A stretch of 62,198 nt of DNA, the filler included, from Rhabdomonas costata (lineage: Eukaryota), in assembly GCA_019059605.1 (NCBI GenBank). It is 26 parts of 26 records of this genome, joined end to end, with 100 filler letters (N's around TTAATTAATTAA, not from the genome) between each part and the next. Parts side by side here need not be neighbours in the genome. Positions count along the whole stretch, not along the records: positions 33,574 to 35,868 come from JAHMHO010004215.1; positions 35,969 to 38,263 come from JAHMHO010004216.1; positions 38,364 to 40,657 come from JAHMHO010004217.1; positions 40,758 to 43,050 come from JAHMHO010004218.1; positions 43,151 to 45,443 come from JAHMHO010004219.1; positions 45,544 to 47,837 come from JAHMHO010004220.1; positions 47,938 to 50,231 come from JAHMHO010004221.1; 19 more parts are not named here. The stretch is one strand, 5' to 3'. Made by a program: the position numbers and the translations under genes. Position 1 is the stretch's first letter. The number at the start of each line of letters is the position of its first letter. Positions 35,257 through 47,982 of this stretch are shown piece after piece. Below the pieces are notes generated by a model. The model was not told the origin of the DNA. It did not search any database and worked only from the letters and a program-made list of their open reading frames with translations.

Positions 35257-37974
35257 CTGCCCACAGGAAGAGAAACGCGGTAGAACTATTCTTAACAAGC
35301 CCGGTCATCTCCCAAATCCAACAGGTCCGCAGAGAAACACCAAAGCTCCTTAAATGGATGCGAGTGTAATATTCACCTGAGGCGAAAGGGAGCAGTGGGT
35401 GTTTTCCTGGGTAATGGGGCTCAGCAGAGCATCGTAATGATGGTAAAGTATCCAGAAAAATAAAGAGGCTTATATACCGTGCGTCATGTCAACGCAGCTG
35501 CAAAATACCGCATACTACCCTGCATCCCTATGTCAAAGAAGAAAACCTGAAAACCTCATACTACCGTACAACGGGGCAAGGGGCTCCGCTCGTCAACAGT
35601 ATTCGGCACAAATATCGTCAGACCCCCCCCCTACTCCCAAATAGAGGGTTACGGACGTGTCCCCTGGCAGTTCCCATCGTCCGGTTCCGGTCCGGTTCCG
35701 CTCCGAGGGGGCCCATATCGGAAGTAACCCAGTGAATAGGGTGAAGATTTGAGCCGATGATACACCCCCTTACGGGATCACCCTAAACCCTAACTGTTGC
35801 AGCAGGTACGGGCCCGCAGAGGAGAATAGATGGGTATTGCTGGAAGATACCACATAACCCCCCACACCNNNNNNNNNNNNNNNNNNNNNNNNNNNNNNNN
35901 NNNNNNNNNNNNTTAATTAATTAANNNNNNNNNNNNNNNNNNNNNNNNNNNNNNNNNNNNNNNNNNNNACTTAAAATAGAATTTCTTGCTTCGTAGTTCA
36001 GCCTAAAGTTCTGGCCTTGTTGTCTCTCTCTCCGTCGCCTTGTGCTTCTTTCGCATCTTTTGACAGCGAGCGAGGGGTGGGCGAGGGAGTGAGTAGGGAC
36101 TGGTGAGGTGAGAAGGGTGTGAGTTCAACCCTGCAGGGACCCGACTTGCTCACTGTGCAACTGACTTTTTGTGATTCTGCTTGTTGCTCTTCGGCACCTT
36201 CGCCGGTGCTGATGATGTTAGTCCTTTGGTTTGGTGTGGTTGTGTGGTTGTGGCGTTTCCGTGTTTTGGAATAAGGACCATGTCATCCGCATGGGGTTAT
36301 GGGGTTACCATGGCCGAGAGAAAAGGCTTAGTGTGGTGGCAGAAAGGTGGGGTGGGGTCTGAGGGTGTTCGGGATTTGCTTCCGCTGCTGCCACAGTTGA
36401 TAGTCCTTCCACCTGCCTCTCTGCAGCAAGCAGGACATCCCTCGGCTCCCCACGTCCTTCCCGCTATCCTTGGGGTCTTGCAGTTGCGCCCGAATGTTGT
36501 GGATGGGTGGATCCCTCTTCGCATGTTGTGGATGGGTGGAGGAACACCCATATCAATTCTTGGTCCATGGAACATGAGCGATGTGGTCAGGGCAAAGGGA
36601 GAGTTTTGGGATGGCCTGGCATCAAAAGGAAGGTTTTCATGCCCGTCGCCCTTCTGGAGCCATCTTCCTTTGCACTGAAGGGCGGTGTCCAACCCGCCGC
36701 CTCTTGTGATGCGAGTGCGACCCAAATCATCGTGCATTGATGTGTGAAAAGCCGCTGCCCCATTCTTCGGATGCGGAACAAAATTTTTGGTGATATAATC
36801 ACCCCGTATCCCCTCCCAAGCAAGGCCAAGGCATTTTCCGTCTGACCGCTTCAGTGCTAGCTGTGGGCTCGACGTTGATGAAAAAAAGGATGAAAAAAGT
36901 TCTGTCACGCGAAGTAGTCTTATGCGAATGCGGAAGACCTGGCGCACTGGTATTGTGTGTTGCCCTCTGAACCTCTACAAACTCTTCTTTTTCAGTCCCA
37001 CGGCAATTGAGCATAGCCCTCGATTCCCATGCAAATCGTCTGCTTTGAGCTCGGGGAGCTCAGCGCGCATCGTGTATCGATGAAACACAAAGTGATGCAG
37101 CACCAACGAGTGCTACACTTACCCATCAGTACTTAGCAATCAATTGTGGTGATAAGTTCTAAATTTGATTGTTGGCGTTGCTCAGGGTAGTGTGGACATT
37201 CTCATTCCCCCACACCCGCCTGCTCGCAACCATCTAAATAAAAATGAGTCTCATTGCAAATAAGCAATAACCGCCCGTATTTCCGGCCAAGCCAACAACA
37301 ATTCGGCAGGAGCGAAGTGGGCCACGTATACACAGATACACAGATACATACATACAGACACATAGATGCACACATAGATGCGATGCGATACACAGATGTA
37401 TATGGATCATATTCACATATGTGTATACACATGGGCACATACGTACAAGATGTATAGATGCGTGTTCTTGTATTACCCGTATTACTCGAAAAAGGACGGA
37501 CTGGGGTCAGAATCAGGGCAGTGGCAAACCCCTGTGTCCCCTGTGGGTCCCCTGTACGCTCCCTTGCTCGCGGAGGCCCGGACCCCAGCGGCACAACACT
37601 GCCCGCCCCTGTACTCGCCCCGAGGCTTCGGTAAGGCGTAACTTCAAACCAAAGTGAGAAGGAACGTAGAAAGTTTTCAATCAGACAAATTCAGTCCGAC
37701 CCCAACTCGCAACCTTTCTCAGTACGAAGTTGAACGAAGTTGTATCATTCGTTTCTTTGTGCTGCAAGTACACACTTGAGGAGTTACCCGAAACCTGAGG
37801 ACCTGTGGCACTTCGTTTTCAGCCCTTAGAGAGATTGAGGGGTTACAAAAATTAATTGCCATGATACTATGAGGATTGTTTTCGAACCGCTTTGTACTCA
37901 GACTTTGTTTGTTGTCTTCCGCGCAGGCTGATATTTCTCTTTGTATCCATCTTCACTTCATCGAAGGTTGCAAA

Positions 37975-38263
37975 TGAACCGGTAATCTCCCAGCTCACCT
38001 TTTGTGCAAGTTCTTTTCTTCACCACTCGTCTCTCTCCCTGCTCCTTTCTTCCTTTTTTCTTGCCATCGTTGATTGTTACCACTGCCACCACTCACCTTC
38101 TTGTCAATTCCTCTGAAGCGGTTGCGGTGCATCACGCCCGAAAACTAAGCTCTCTGCACCAGGCAGGTCACAGTGATTCCACAGAATTGGTCCCCCGTCC
38201 AACCTGAACCGGTAATCTCCCAGCTCACCTTTTGTGCAAGTTCTTTTCTTCACCACTCGTCTC
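37975..38263 (+). repeat. 59-bp exact direct repeat, period 230 bp
   Basis: 37975-38033 is identical to 38205-38263, which is the contig end. Confidence 0.88.
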
Positions 38264-38863
38264 NNNNNNNNNNNNNNNNNNNNNNNNNNNNNNNNNNNNN
38301 NNNNNNNTTAATTAATTAANNNNNNNNNNNNNNNNNNNNNNNNNNNNNNNNNNNNNNNNNNNNGTTTGTGGTGGTGATTCTCCAGAGATGTGAGTTTGAA
38401 TTCTGTGAATTTGTACCAAAAAGCGATTTTTTTTGGATTTCTACGAGGCTTCGGGATCGTAAACAATGTCTTCTGTTATAAACCATATCAGCGTAATTGC
38501 TTCGTTTGGATTCGAAAGAACAACACTCAGCTCACCTTTGTGGAATTAACCGGCGCTTTCCAGATGTCTGGGTGACCATAGCATATGTTTTTTTCACCTC
38601 ACTTTTGATATGGCACGGGCCATATTCACCACGACAATGTCCACAAAGAAACTATTGGAATCAAGGCTCAGGGCATTCCTTCTTCTTATCCCCTATTGGC
38701 TACTTCCTCCACCGCGAAACGAATGTGACCCGCACTCGTTGTCAGAGGGACCTCGTAGCCTCTGTGGAAAAAACCATCCCAAAAGCATGCAATTTAACGG
38801 TGGCCCTCGCTCGCCGAGGACCGCCCACTCCCTGTGATCGCCGACCTCGCGCGCTTCTCTCAG

Positions 38864-40657
38864 GTTAAGTGCAACCCCAGCTTCGCAGTGGAGCTCAGTC
38901 CCTTCGTGTACCGCTGTGCCGTGGTGGTCGTGTCTGGCACCCCCAGCTCCGGACCCTCGGCGGCCTCCTCCGCAGTGCTGCTGAAGTTCAAGGGGCAGCC
39001 CGGGTTCTGCCCCACCCCGGTGCGAGTGCGGCAGGAGTGGACCGTGGTGAAGGAGCTCGAGGGCCCCGCCGCCGCCGATGGCACGGACCAGCTGGCGGTG
39101 CAGTGGCAGGCCAACCCGGGGATCCCGATGGAGTCGATGACCATTGTGGTGGATGCCAACACGGCGGGCGCGGTGGCAGTGAACCAGCAGGCGAAGCCCC
39201 CGGGGATGTGGAACGCCAAACAGGTCTGTGCGCGGGGGGCGTGGTGAGGACGTATGACGCGTTTGAAACGTGTTCATGTTACTTAGGCTCAAAAGAGTGG
39301 GTTTTGAGTGTACGGTGTGACGTGCTGCAGAAGGAACCGAAATTCAGGTGCGTTTTCTATGTACCATTTTTTATTAGGCTTGCTGTGAAGTCGGAAATCG
39401 CTTTTTGGAGAAAAAATCCTCAGTTCTCAGTTTGAAAACCGAGGTGGAGAAAAGAGGGCGACATCTTGGAGTCAAGGATCTCCCCCACTCTATCCTATAT
39501 ACCAACAAGGCAAGGAAGGTAAAGCGACAGAAAAGCAGGTGACATCGCAGTTGGTCCGACGCTGGCAGTGGTAATCATAATTGGCAGTGACAGCCACTGA
39601 GCCATGGGAGATGTGTGTTCAGACGTGGGATACCTTCCGAGTCCCGCGGGCTGTTGGACGTTTCTTCGCCCACCAGAAAGAAGACCAGAAGCACTCAATG
39701 CACCTATCTAATACTTGTCTAGTACTTGCGCAACACACTGGGATTGCGTACAGCACTGTTGCCGTGGCAGTTCGAGACTGCAGGGTCAGACCGTGAGAAA
39801 ATATAGAGAGAATGGTATAAATCGAAAGATGGCAAGTTAAGAATTGATGGGTCGAAGAGCTGAGGAAAGAAAACGGGGAAGACTAGCTGGTAAAAAGGAG
39901 CGTTGACACAGCAGAAAATTTTTTTCGAATTCGAGTTTTCCGCCTCCCAGAGTAACGGTTACCACCAACCGCCGAAACAAGTCGCATGATCCTACGCGAC
40001 TTGTTTCGGTTATTTGAACGCGGCATCTCGTTCGTTTGCAGTAGCGTTTACCCCACACCTCACTCCGGCATCATATGCGCCCAGCCTTAGGTTGCGGTCG
40101 GATTATTGGGTGGGGGTGGGGGCGTTAAACGTTGTATCGCTTTTCTATGGTATAACGCTGTTATACGATATAACCGTGTTAAGACGAAAGACAACCGGTC
40201 CATCTAGGCGCAGGTGTACATGCTTCGTTTTGAGGTGTATTGCCACTTAGTATAGAAATTAGTCCCCAGGCAAAGTCCTCAGCCGCCCGGGCAGCGCCGC
40301 GGGCTGGCTTCCGCCCCTAACGTAATCATGTCTTTTTTGTGGGGTTAAGCCCAGCAAGGAATGAGTTCCCACTACCAATACTGACCAATGTGAAGGACAA
40401 CAATATGGCAAAAAAATCGTTTTTCATATGCCGCCCCATTACCGTATGACACCGTTAAACCGTAGATCACCGTTGTGCCGTATCAGGCCGTTGTCTCGAT
40501 TCCCTCGCAGGGCAAGCTGGCCTGGGTCTGCCTCACTCCCGGCCAGCCCTCTGCTGCCCTTCCCCCTCGCCTGATGGCCCGCTTCCAGATGCGCCCCCGT
40601 GAGGGCGACGCCGCCCCTACCTCCTCCTCAGACTCCCTCCACCTCCGCACACAACCC
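38864..40657 (+). CDS. Muniscin-type mu-homology domain protein (FCHo/Syp1/TSET-related), partial
   Basis: Exons 38864-39223 and 40511-end give LLKFK..PTPVRVRQEW..LAVQWQANP..MESMTIVVD..AKPPGMWNAKQ|GKLAW..RLMARF, matching the muniscin C-terminal domain pattern. Confidence 0.7.
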
Positions 40658-41328
40658 NNNNNNNNNNNNNNNNNNNNNNNNNNNNNNNNNNNNNNNNNNN
40701 NTTAATTAATTAANNNNNNNNNNNNNNNNNNNNNNNNNNNNNNNNNNNNNNNNNNNNTGGTTTGGTTAGCATTTTCCACACCTCAATCCCTCAGCACCTG
40801 CGTTTCTCCTGGGTGTGAAAAATGCTAACCAAAAGTCATCAGGAAAAAATGACAGCACAATTGAAGCGATAAAATACTGCGTTACGGGCCCCCTGAAAAA
40901 CAGTACTTCCCTCACACAGATGCCCTACAGAAGGGGCTCGCACGGAAGACTGCTGCAGCTGCCCTGGCGTGTGTTGCGGAGGCGGGCCACATTCGGGTGC
41001 ACGAGTGGCGAGGGCGAGGCAGGTGAGTCCTCCTGGCCGCTCAGCACGGCGCCCGGGGGAAGGGACTGCAGCCCGACGACCTCCACGGAGAGTGCGAAGG
41101 CCTGGCGAGGCGGAGCAGGGGCAGAGGTGCTGGTAGCGGTGATGGTAGTGGCCGTGTGGGCAGAAGGGGTGTTAGGTTGCCTTCGAAGGGATTGCACTCG
41201 CGTCAGAGTGGGCTGGGAAGGGGTTCCGCCATTCGCCGGGGTCGAGGGGAACACATGCACGACGGAGCTCCCCAGGGTCTCCGAGAGAGCTGCCGACGTG
41301 CTCACCCTGTGTGCGTCACTGCGAGCCG

Positions 41329-43050
41329 TCATCGCTCCTCCTCCAGCGGCCTGCGCTGGGCTTGGGCTTGGGTTTGGGCATCGGCCTCCTTCAGCTTCTG
41401 GACCCCCTCGAAGATGAAGATGTCCGTGCGCAGCTCGATCCCAAGTTCCTCCAGGATCTTCTTCGGGGGGTAGCTCGTGGTGGCCCGGAAGTTGTACGCG
41501 GTGATGTTGCCAAAACCCTTGGCATATGTGGTGTGGGGCTTGTCGAAGATCACGGGGCAGTTGGGGTCACCTGCCACGGCCTGGTACACCCCCTCGGAGC
41601 ACTGCACGTTGCCTGGGACGCCAGAGCTCTGGTTTGGAAAAGAAATGCAAAAATGGAGCTGTTTTGGGGCTGGAGAGAGAGTCGCGCAAATACCCCTATA
41701 GAATACCTGACCTACACACCATAAACGACACATCTTTGGGTGTCGTAGTTTTAACTCGGCTAAACGGTTTAAATTTATTATTAACCCGTTCACCCTATTC
41801 GCTGGGTCATTTCCGTTATGGACCCCTTGGAGCTTTGACCGGAGCCCGACCAGAGGATTTGGCACAGGTATCATAACTTGAGCTACCTGTTGGTATAATC
41901 CTGAGCTGCGTTCACTGGATGCTTCCCATTTTTCAGCCATTTTCGACTTCGCCACATTTCCAAGGCTAGGGGAGCACTTTTTGGACCTATGGAGACCTGC
42001 AAACTGTGCCTAAGCTTTCTACCGGCTGCTTATTGCCTAAGGGTAGAGGTTTCATGCTGGCTCCGGTGGGCCGGAATGCTTGTGTTTACAGCCGCCGGAC
42101 TGCTTTGGTTTGTAGCTGCTTTAGAGGCCTTTTCTCGAAACTCTTACGCGTTGCTGGCCTGACAAGAAGAGGAATTCAAGTTAGTTGACACACCAGGAGC
42201 GCCCCAAGTGTGTCAACACCGGACTGTGTTTGTGTTTGTGTTTGCGTGTCTTTTTTACTAATCGGATGTGTTTGAGGGTGTGGGGTACTGGTACTGGGGC
42301 TCTTACCACAATTCTCGCGGGGACAAAAACTGTCAAGCTTTCAACCGAAATCTTCACGCTTCGCATCCCACCAATAGCAGGTCACACACACACAATGTCA
42401 CACGCCATCTCACTAAGGCACCAAATGGTTTCAAATGGATTGAATCTTCGCAACTGCCAAAGAAATCATTATCCCTTTTGTGAAAGCTTTTACCTCTGCT
42501 TCCGAGTCAAAAATGCTACAACCCCACCCCCTTTCCGAGATGCGTTGTCCTTCATTGTCAGAAATAGAAATCCATTAAGTCCATTAAGTCCATTAAAACA
42601 GAGCATGTCGTACCATGCAAAATGTCGATGTTTTCACCTTTCATGTCCAAAAGTAGCTTTTAGTGTGAAGCTTGGGGTTCAATGCATTCTTGGGAGGGAG
42701 GGGTTGCTAAGAGTTGAGCCCAAGTGAGTGGTCCGTGAGTGGTACTTTCCCTCCCCCCTTTGCGACTCATGAAGGTCTGGAGGCCCGCAGTGGAAGATAG
42801 ATGGGTGCTGCTGGAAGACCCCCGCCCAGGAACGACAAAAAAGGAATCCATGTAAACGGCGGCTTACTTCTATCATGCCCAAATGGTGATATTCTTGCTG
42901 AAACTCTATAGCTGAGCCCCAAACCGTTCCATACAAGACACAGCGCGCCAGACACACCTCCATCCGGCTCGCAAGGTTCACCGTCTTGCCCCAGATGTCA
43001 AAAGCGGGGCACGTGCCCTGCAGCACCCCTGCCGTAATCGGGCCCAGCGC
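41329..43050 (-). CDS. Class III adenylyl cyclase, C-terminal part
   Basis: Exons 43050-42958 (GPITAGVLQGTCPAFDIWGKTVNLASRME) and 41628-41329 (SSGVPGNVQCSE..YAKGFG..*). The Asp in FDIWG points to ATP specificity, and the N-x-A-S-R catalytic motif is intact. Confidence 0.9.
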
Positions 43051-43953
43051 NNNNNNNNNNNNNNNNNNNNNNNNNNNNNNNNNNNNNNNNNNNNTTAATT
43101 AATTAANNNNNNNNNNNNNNNNNNNNNNNNNNNNNNNNNNNNNNNNNNNNACCTGCAGGGTACGGTAGGGTGGGGTGCCCTCCACACACACACAAATGAA
43201 GAAAAATCACATGCAGTAGATGTTGGCGGCTGAAATGGAAAGAGATCACTAGGAGGGAGGGCATAGTAAGGCATGTGTTGTGACTCAGCAGTTGGTTTGA
43301 ATGCATGTGTCCCTTGGGGTTCCGACAGAAAATATGCAGTGACGATGTGTTCCTTGGTTTACAGTAAATAATATCCCGGGGGCGATGCCGGGTCTTCATC
43401 GAATGAATTAGCAGGTGCTAGCAGGCAATAGACGTCTTCTAAGTAGAATGCGCATAACGACAGAAAGTGTCCTCCCGTTTTTGTGTGGTTTGTATATGCT
43501 GACATTGGGAGGGAAGGGGGTGATGCATCAGGTTTGAGGATGCAAGGGGAGCTCTCGGGTAGTTTCGAATTAAGAAAGACATCATTTGGAATGGTTAATG
43601 GCACGAAGAGCGAGTAAGAACGATGTTGTGTCACTTTAATGTGATGTAAACTCCCTTCTTAGTCCGATTGCAAATATTCTGACTTTCTTTTACAGTTTTT
43701 CTGACTTCTATAAACGCGATCCAAAGTTGTTGCTTTGCAATGAGTAGGGAAAGACAGATGACCTCGACTCCTGTTGGCAGCTCCAGTGGAAGGTGTAACA
43801 AAGAAGGCTCGTCCGCATCCCCTGCTCCAGTGGTTCTCTTGCCACTGTCGTCCTATGATGGTATTTGGTATCGCTGGTAGCCTCCGAAACAACCGGGAAG
43901 TGGTTTGAATCCACTTGCTGATCCACGGTGGACGGAACCCCTCTTCATCGAAA

Positions 43954-45054
43954 ATGCCGCCGAAGGTGGCCCTTCTACGGGCTCTGCTTGTGCGGATGGC
44001 GCGGCTGGCGTGGCCCACGTCGTGCTACTATTTGGTCTCCCATGGGGCACAGACCATCGCCTTCCTGGCGGTGTCCCGCCTTGGCCCGTTGTACATGAGC
44101 AGCTTCCTGCTGGGCATGATGACGGTGAATCTCACCGGTGTGGCGGTGGTGATTGGGCTGCTGAACGGGATGGACACGCTGTGCGCTCAGGTGGTTCTTC
44201 ACTTGCGCGTGCACCCACGCGGCCAAGGGGCTTACAGTCCCCTTATCACTCTATCACTATCCCTAACCCTATGGTCACCTTATCACCGGGTAAAGGGCCG
44301 ACCGGGAGACTGTAGGTACGTCCAAGTGTATTTTGACCCAGTGCCCCAAGTAGTAGTGTGCTCTAAACTTCTTTCGGCGTCTAAACTTTGGCGTTTGTGT
44401 TGCTCACCCCATCCCCTTTCCGCTGCGTTGACTCGTGTTGGCGGCAAAGGCCGATTTCAAGGCTGAAATTCAGGCAAACCTGGTGCCCACGCGACGTGCT
44501 GCCCTTTTGGGACTTCTGTTGCACCCCCACACACCGTCGTATTTTTCTGCCTTTATGTCCTTGCTGCACAACGCCCCATAAACTGAGGAGCAATGGGCTC
44601 GAGTACTACGGATTTTTTAGGGGGCTTCTTTTTAGCTTTGAAACACCGGCTTGCTTTGGGTCTTCGCTCCCGCTCCCCTTTAATCACTGCGAGTGAGCAA
44701 GTGAACAAGTTTAATCACTGCCAGTGAACAAGAAAGGCACTTGCAGCAGCAGCAGCAGCGGCTGCAAACAAATATAAGGGGGAAGGGAGAATGAGAGAGC
44801 GTGAGTGAGTGAAAAATCAAACCATGTCTGGCCCTTTATGCGGACCTCTGAAATAACCCGAACCCTAACTCTTTAACCCTTGTCTTGTGTTGGATGCGGG
44901 GGAGGGTCGTGTCACGTGTCAGGCCTACGGGGCGGGCAACTTTGGCCGGATCGGCGTTCTGCTTCAGCACGGGATTCTAGTGGGCGCGGCTTGGTACGTC
45001 ATCGCTGCAGCGCTGTGGGTGAACTCAGAGAAGCTGCTAATACTATGCCGGCAG
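43954..45054 (+). CDS. MATE family transporter, 5' part
   Basis: Exons 43954-44190 and 44923-45054 give RLAWP..VSRLG..NLTG..GLLNGMDTLCAQ|AYGAGNFGRIGVLLQHG..LWVNSEKLL. The DTLCxQAYGA motif is diagnostic. Confidence 0.93.
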
Positions 45055-45757
45055 GCATGCTTTGCATACCCACATGATTGATTTATATGGATTCATGTGG
45101 CGAAGCCAGCCTTTCCTGACAGGGGGACAGCAGTACCCATGTACAGCATTTGCCGTACGGTCATGGTTGGGCGCGTTTTGCTTCGCTTGCATTTCCTCGC
45201 AGACAAAGAAGTCCTGTTATTTTCACAACGTTTGTCCATGTCGTGCTCGGTGTGGTTGAAGATGTCGTGGGTCAGTTCTTCAGCAATCTTTCAGGACGGG
45301 CCTGGTAAGGCATTCAGTTATCCATTTAGACGATGCAAACTCCGACATAGAATAATCATAGAGTCATCATAGAGTCATCCACTTTGGATTTGGGTGGGCT
45401 TACTTGTGTGGGCCTTCCCACCTCTGTCCGTCACCCCCAACACNNNNNNNNNNNNNNNNNNNNNNNNNNNNNNNNNNNNNNNNNNNNTTAATTAATTAAN
45501 NNNNNNNNNNNNNNNNNNNNNNNNNNNNNNNNNNNNNNNNNNNTGGGGGAATATGCCCAAATTACTCGCTCGATGCGTTTGTGCTCCACTTTTCTTGCCT
45601 TCAAGGACACGAATATTCCCATTCAAAGTGCAATCGCATCACGAGCGATGGCCTTTTCATGAGCCTCAAAAATGCCTATTTTACACAATTTAAGGCCGTA
45701 AGAACGTGCGTCTGGGGAGGGTCCCCATACGATGGCGCACAATTGCGGCGCACACAC

Positions 45758-45874
45758 CACAGTGCGGGCAACAGTGCCTGGGGGATTCTGGGGATTGGCC
45801 CCACCATCATAGGTCCCCAGTCCCACCAGAGGCATCGAGTGGCCCGAGTTCAGCCTCACCAGAGGGGCAGCCAT
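45758..45874 (-). CDS. Aldo-keto reductase, first exon
   Basis: MAAPLVRLNSGHSMPLVGLGTY.. followed by a GT donor; this is the classic AKR N-terminus LNxGxxMPxxGLGT. Confidence 0.85.
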
Positions 45875-46367
45875 TCCGCAAATCGAAAAAGGGGAAAACC
45901 TCAAAGCGTAGTGCCTATACGCTTTTTTCTTGGGCCGCGAAAAAGGTTAAACCAGGAAGAGTAGAACCGAAGGTTCAAAAAACAGAATTCGGTGGGGGGG
46001 GGGGCTAAAGATGCAGAGGGAAGAAGAACTGACGTAGAACCAAAAGAAATCACGGATGACACTCGGTCATCATGCGGTTATTATGTGCAGGTCTGTGTTT
46101 CGCAATAAACCGAAAATCAAGTTGTTGTTGCTTCTGACCCATGAAGCCCAAATCTGCTCCCATGTGTGCGGAGTACACTTCAGTACAACCCGCCAATAGT
46201 CATCAACCGTTGCCTCAGAAAGCCCCTTCCTCCTTCAAGCTGGAGAAGGCACCAGGCGATGATATCTTGCGGGTGTTCCTTGGGGCACCCGCAGTTCGGA
46301 CATGGTACACGACTCGTAGAAGAGCCAAGGGATAGAGCATGGCGCACAGATACTGAGGAAAAGCTGT

Positions 46368-47608
46368 TCACTGCCGCTTGTTGGGAATCACAACAATCCT
46401 CTCAATGTCCGAAGTTGGGCTCTGATCGACCAGAACCCGGACCGCCTCCGCGACGTCGGAGGGCCGGAGGTGAGGCCGCACTGGCCTCGAAGCCCACCCC
46501 CCTCGCAAGGGGTCGTCATACCAAGGAGTATCCTGCCCCACGAACACGCAAATCCTACTCATACAAACCAAACAACACACACACACACACACGCGCGCCA
46601 AATCAACACCTCATTCAGGGAGGGAACCGCATATCGTTCCAGATTGTTCTGGTTTTCAGCCACGAGCCACGCATTGCGAAAAGGCAAAGAAAAAACACAA
46701 TCACAATTGTCAGCAACCCCTGCACAATCTACTTCTAGCGGCTGAGTATGTTGCCTCTAGGCGATTCAAAAAATACACATTTGCACAAGGTAATCGAAAG
46801 GGCATCCCTCATGCAAAGGCAAGAAGAGCAGGTAAGATGTTTTAGTTACAGGACAGGTGAAAACGGGTGCGGGTTGCAGGGTTAGCGCACCGTTGAGCCG
46901 GGGTTGACCGTGGCTGCCTTGACTCCAGACCTGTGTGAGGAGTGAGGACGGAATGAAGTTAATGCCTGCAAACAACACATGCGGGCTCTCGCGGTGCACA
47001 TACGCATTTGCCAAGTGGTGTGATCCCCAAAAACAAAGCACCGGATTTGCTACAACACAAACAGCCAGCTACACCAAGTCCGCGCGTGATGTACTGCTAC
47101 CGTGGCGCCCGAGGCAGCACCTTCCCTCTGCAGCACTGCACCACAACGGGTGTCGCTATATCTCAATGCAAGTGAAGGGGTCTTTCAAGGCTCTTTTTTG
47201 GAATTTCGACCGTCTCTTGGACTTGATGTTATATGATTTGTGTATTCGTGGAGGCTGAAAAGGGTGCGTGCGTGTGAGGTGTGAGCGGGGATGGGTTGTG
47301 ACACACCCTTCCAACTCGCATCGCAGCGATCCGATCATGCCCTGCACGGCGAACTTGGTGCCGCAGTACATTGTGGACTCCGCCACGCACTGCAGGCCCA
47401 GAGTGGAGCTGATCACCACGATCTGCCCCGCCGCGCGAGCCTTCATCGCGGGCAGCACGGCGCGGATCCACCCGAAGACTCCGCGGACATTCGTGTTGAA
47501 GGCGTCGTCGAAGTCTTGGTCCGTGACCTGCTCCAGCACACACCCCGGCCGACCAATCCCCGCGCATGCGACCAGAACCTCCACAGGTCCACCCAAGTCC
47601 TCCACGGC
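46368..47608 (-). CDS. Short-chain dehydrogenase/reductase (SDR), 3' part
   Basis: Exons ~47608-47307 (VLVACAG..FNTNVRG..GQIVVISS..YCGTKFAV, containing YxxxK), ~46930-46891 (SGVKAATVNPGST) and ~46532-46368 (DTPWY..LRPSDVAEAV..*) are phase-consistent. Confidence 0.9.
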
Positions 47609-47937
47609 CTGATACATCAAGAAAACACAAAAAACCACTGCAACCCTCCACACATTCTCTCTTCGAAGTTAGGAAATGGAAATTGAAGACGGTCCCCAAC
47701 GGTTTAAACGAGAAAACCACCCTACAATCACTGTTGGAGGTTTCTGAGGCCCTTGCACTCTCCAACTACCGCTGCATCCCACCACCGTCCACACGTCCCG
47801 TACCCTACACCGAAGTTTCCGCAGTGCATGGCATTGGNNNNNNNNNNNNNNNNNNNNNNNNNNNNNNNNNNNNNNNNNNNNTTAATTAATTAANNNNNNN
47901 NNNNNNNNNNNNNNNNNNNNNNNNNNNNNNNNNNNNN

Positions 47938-47982
47938 GTGGTTTTGGAAGAGATTCCCTTACGGAATCTCTTTCAAAACCAC
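47938..47982. repeat. 20-bp-arm hairpin at contig start
   Basis: GTGGTTTTGGAAGAGATTCC-CTTAC-GGAATCTCTTTCAAAACCAC, with one G:T mismatch. Confidence 0.85.

Noticed and set aside
35780-35794. CCCTAAACCCTAAC as a telomere
   Set aside because: Only two degenerate units at an internal position; similar short matches at ~44271 and ~44863 are also too short.
35969-37100. LINE ORF1/gag-like remnant on the minus strand
   Set aside because: The composition is suggestive, but I found no clear zinc knuckle, endonuclease or RT motif.
37975-38263. 59-bp direct repeat as an LTR or CRISPR unit
   Set aside because: Only two copies, the second ending exactly at the contig end; most simply a collapsed tandem repeat or assembly-graph loop.
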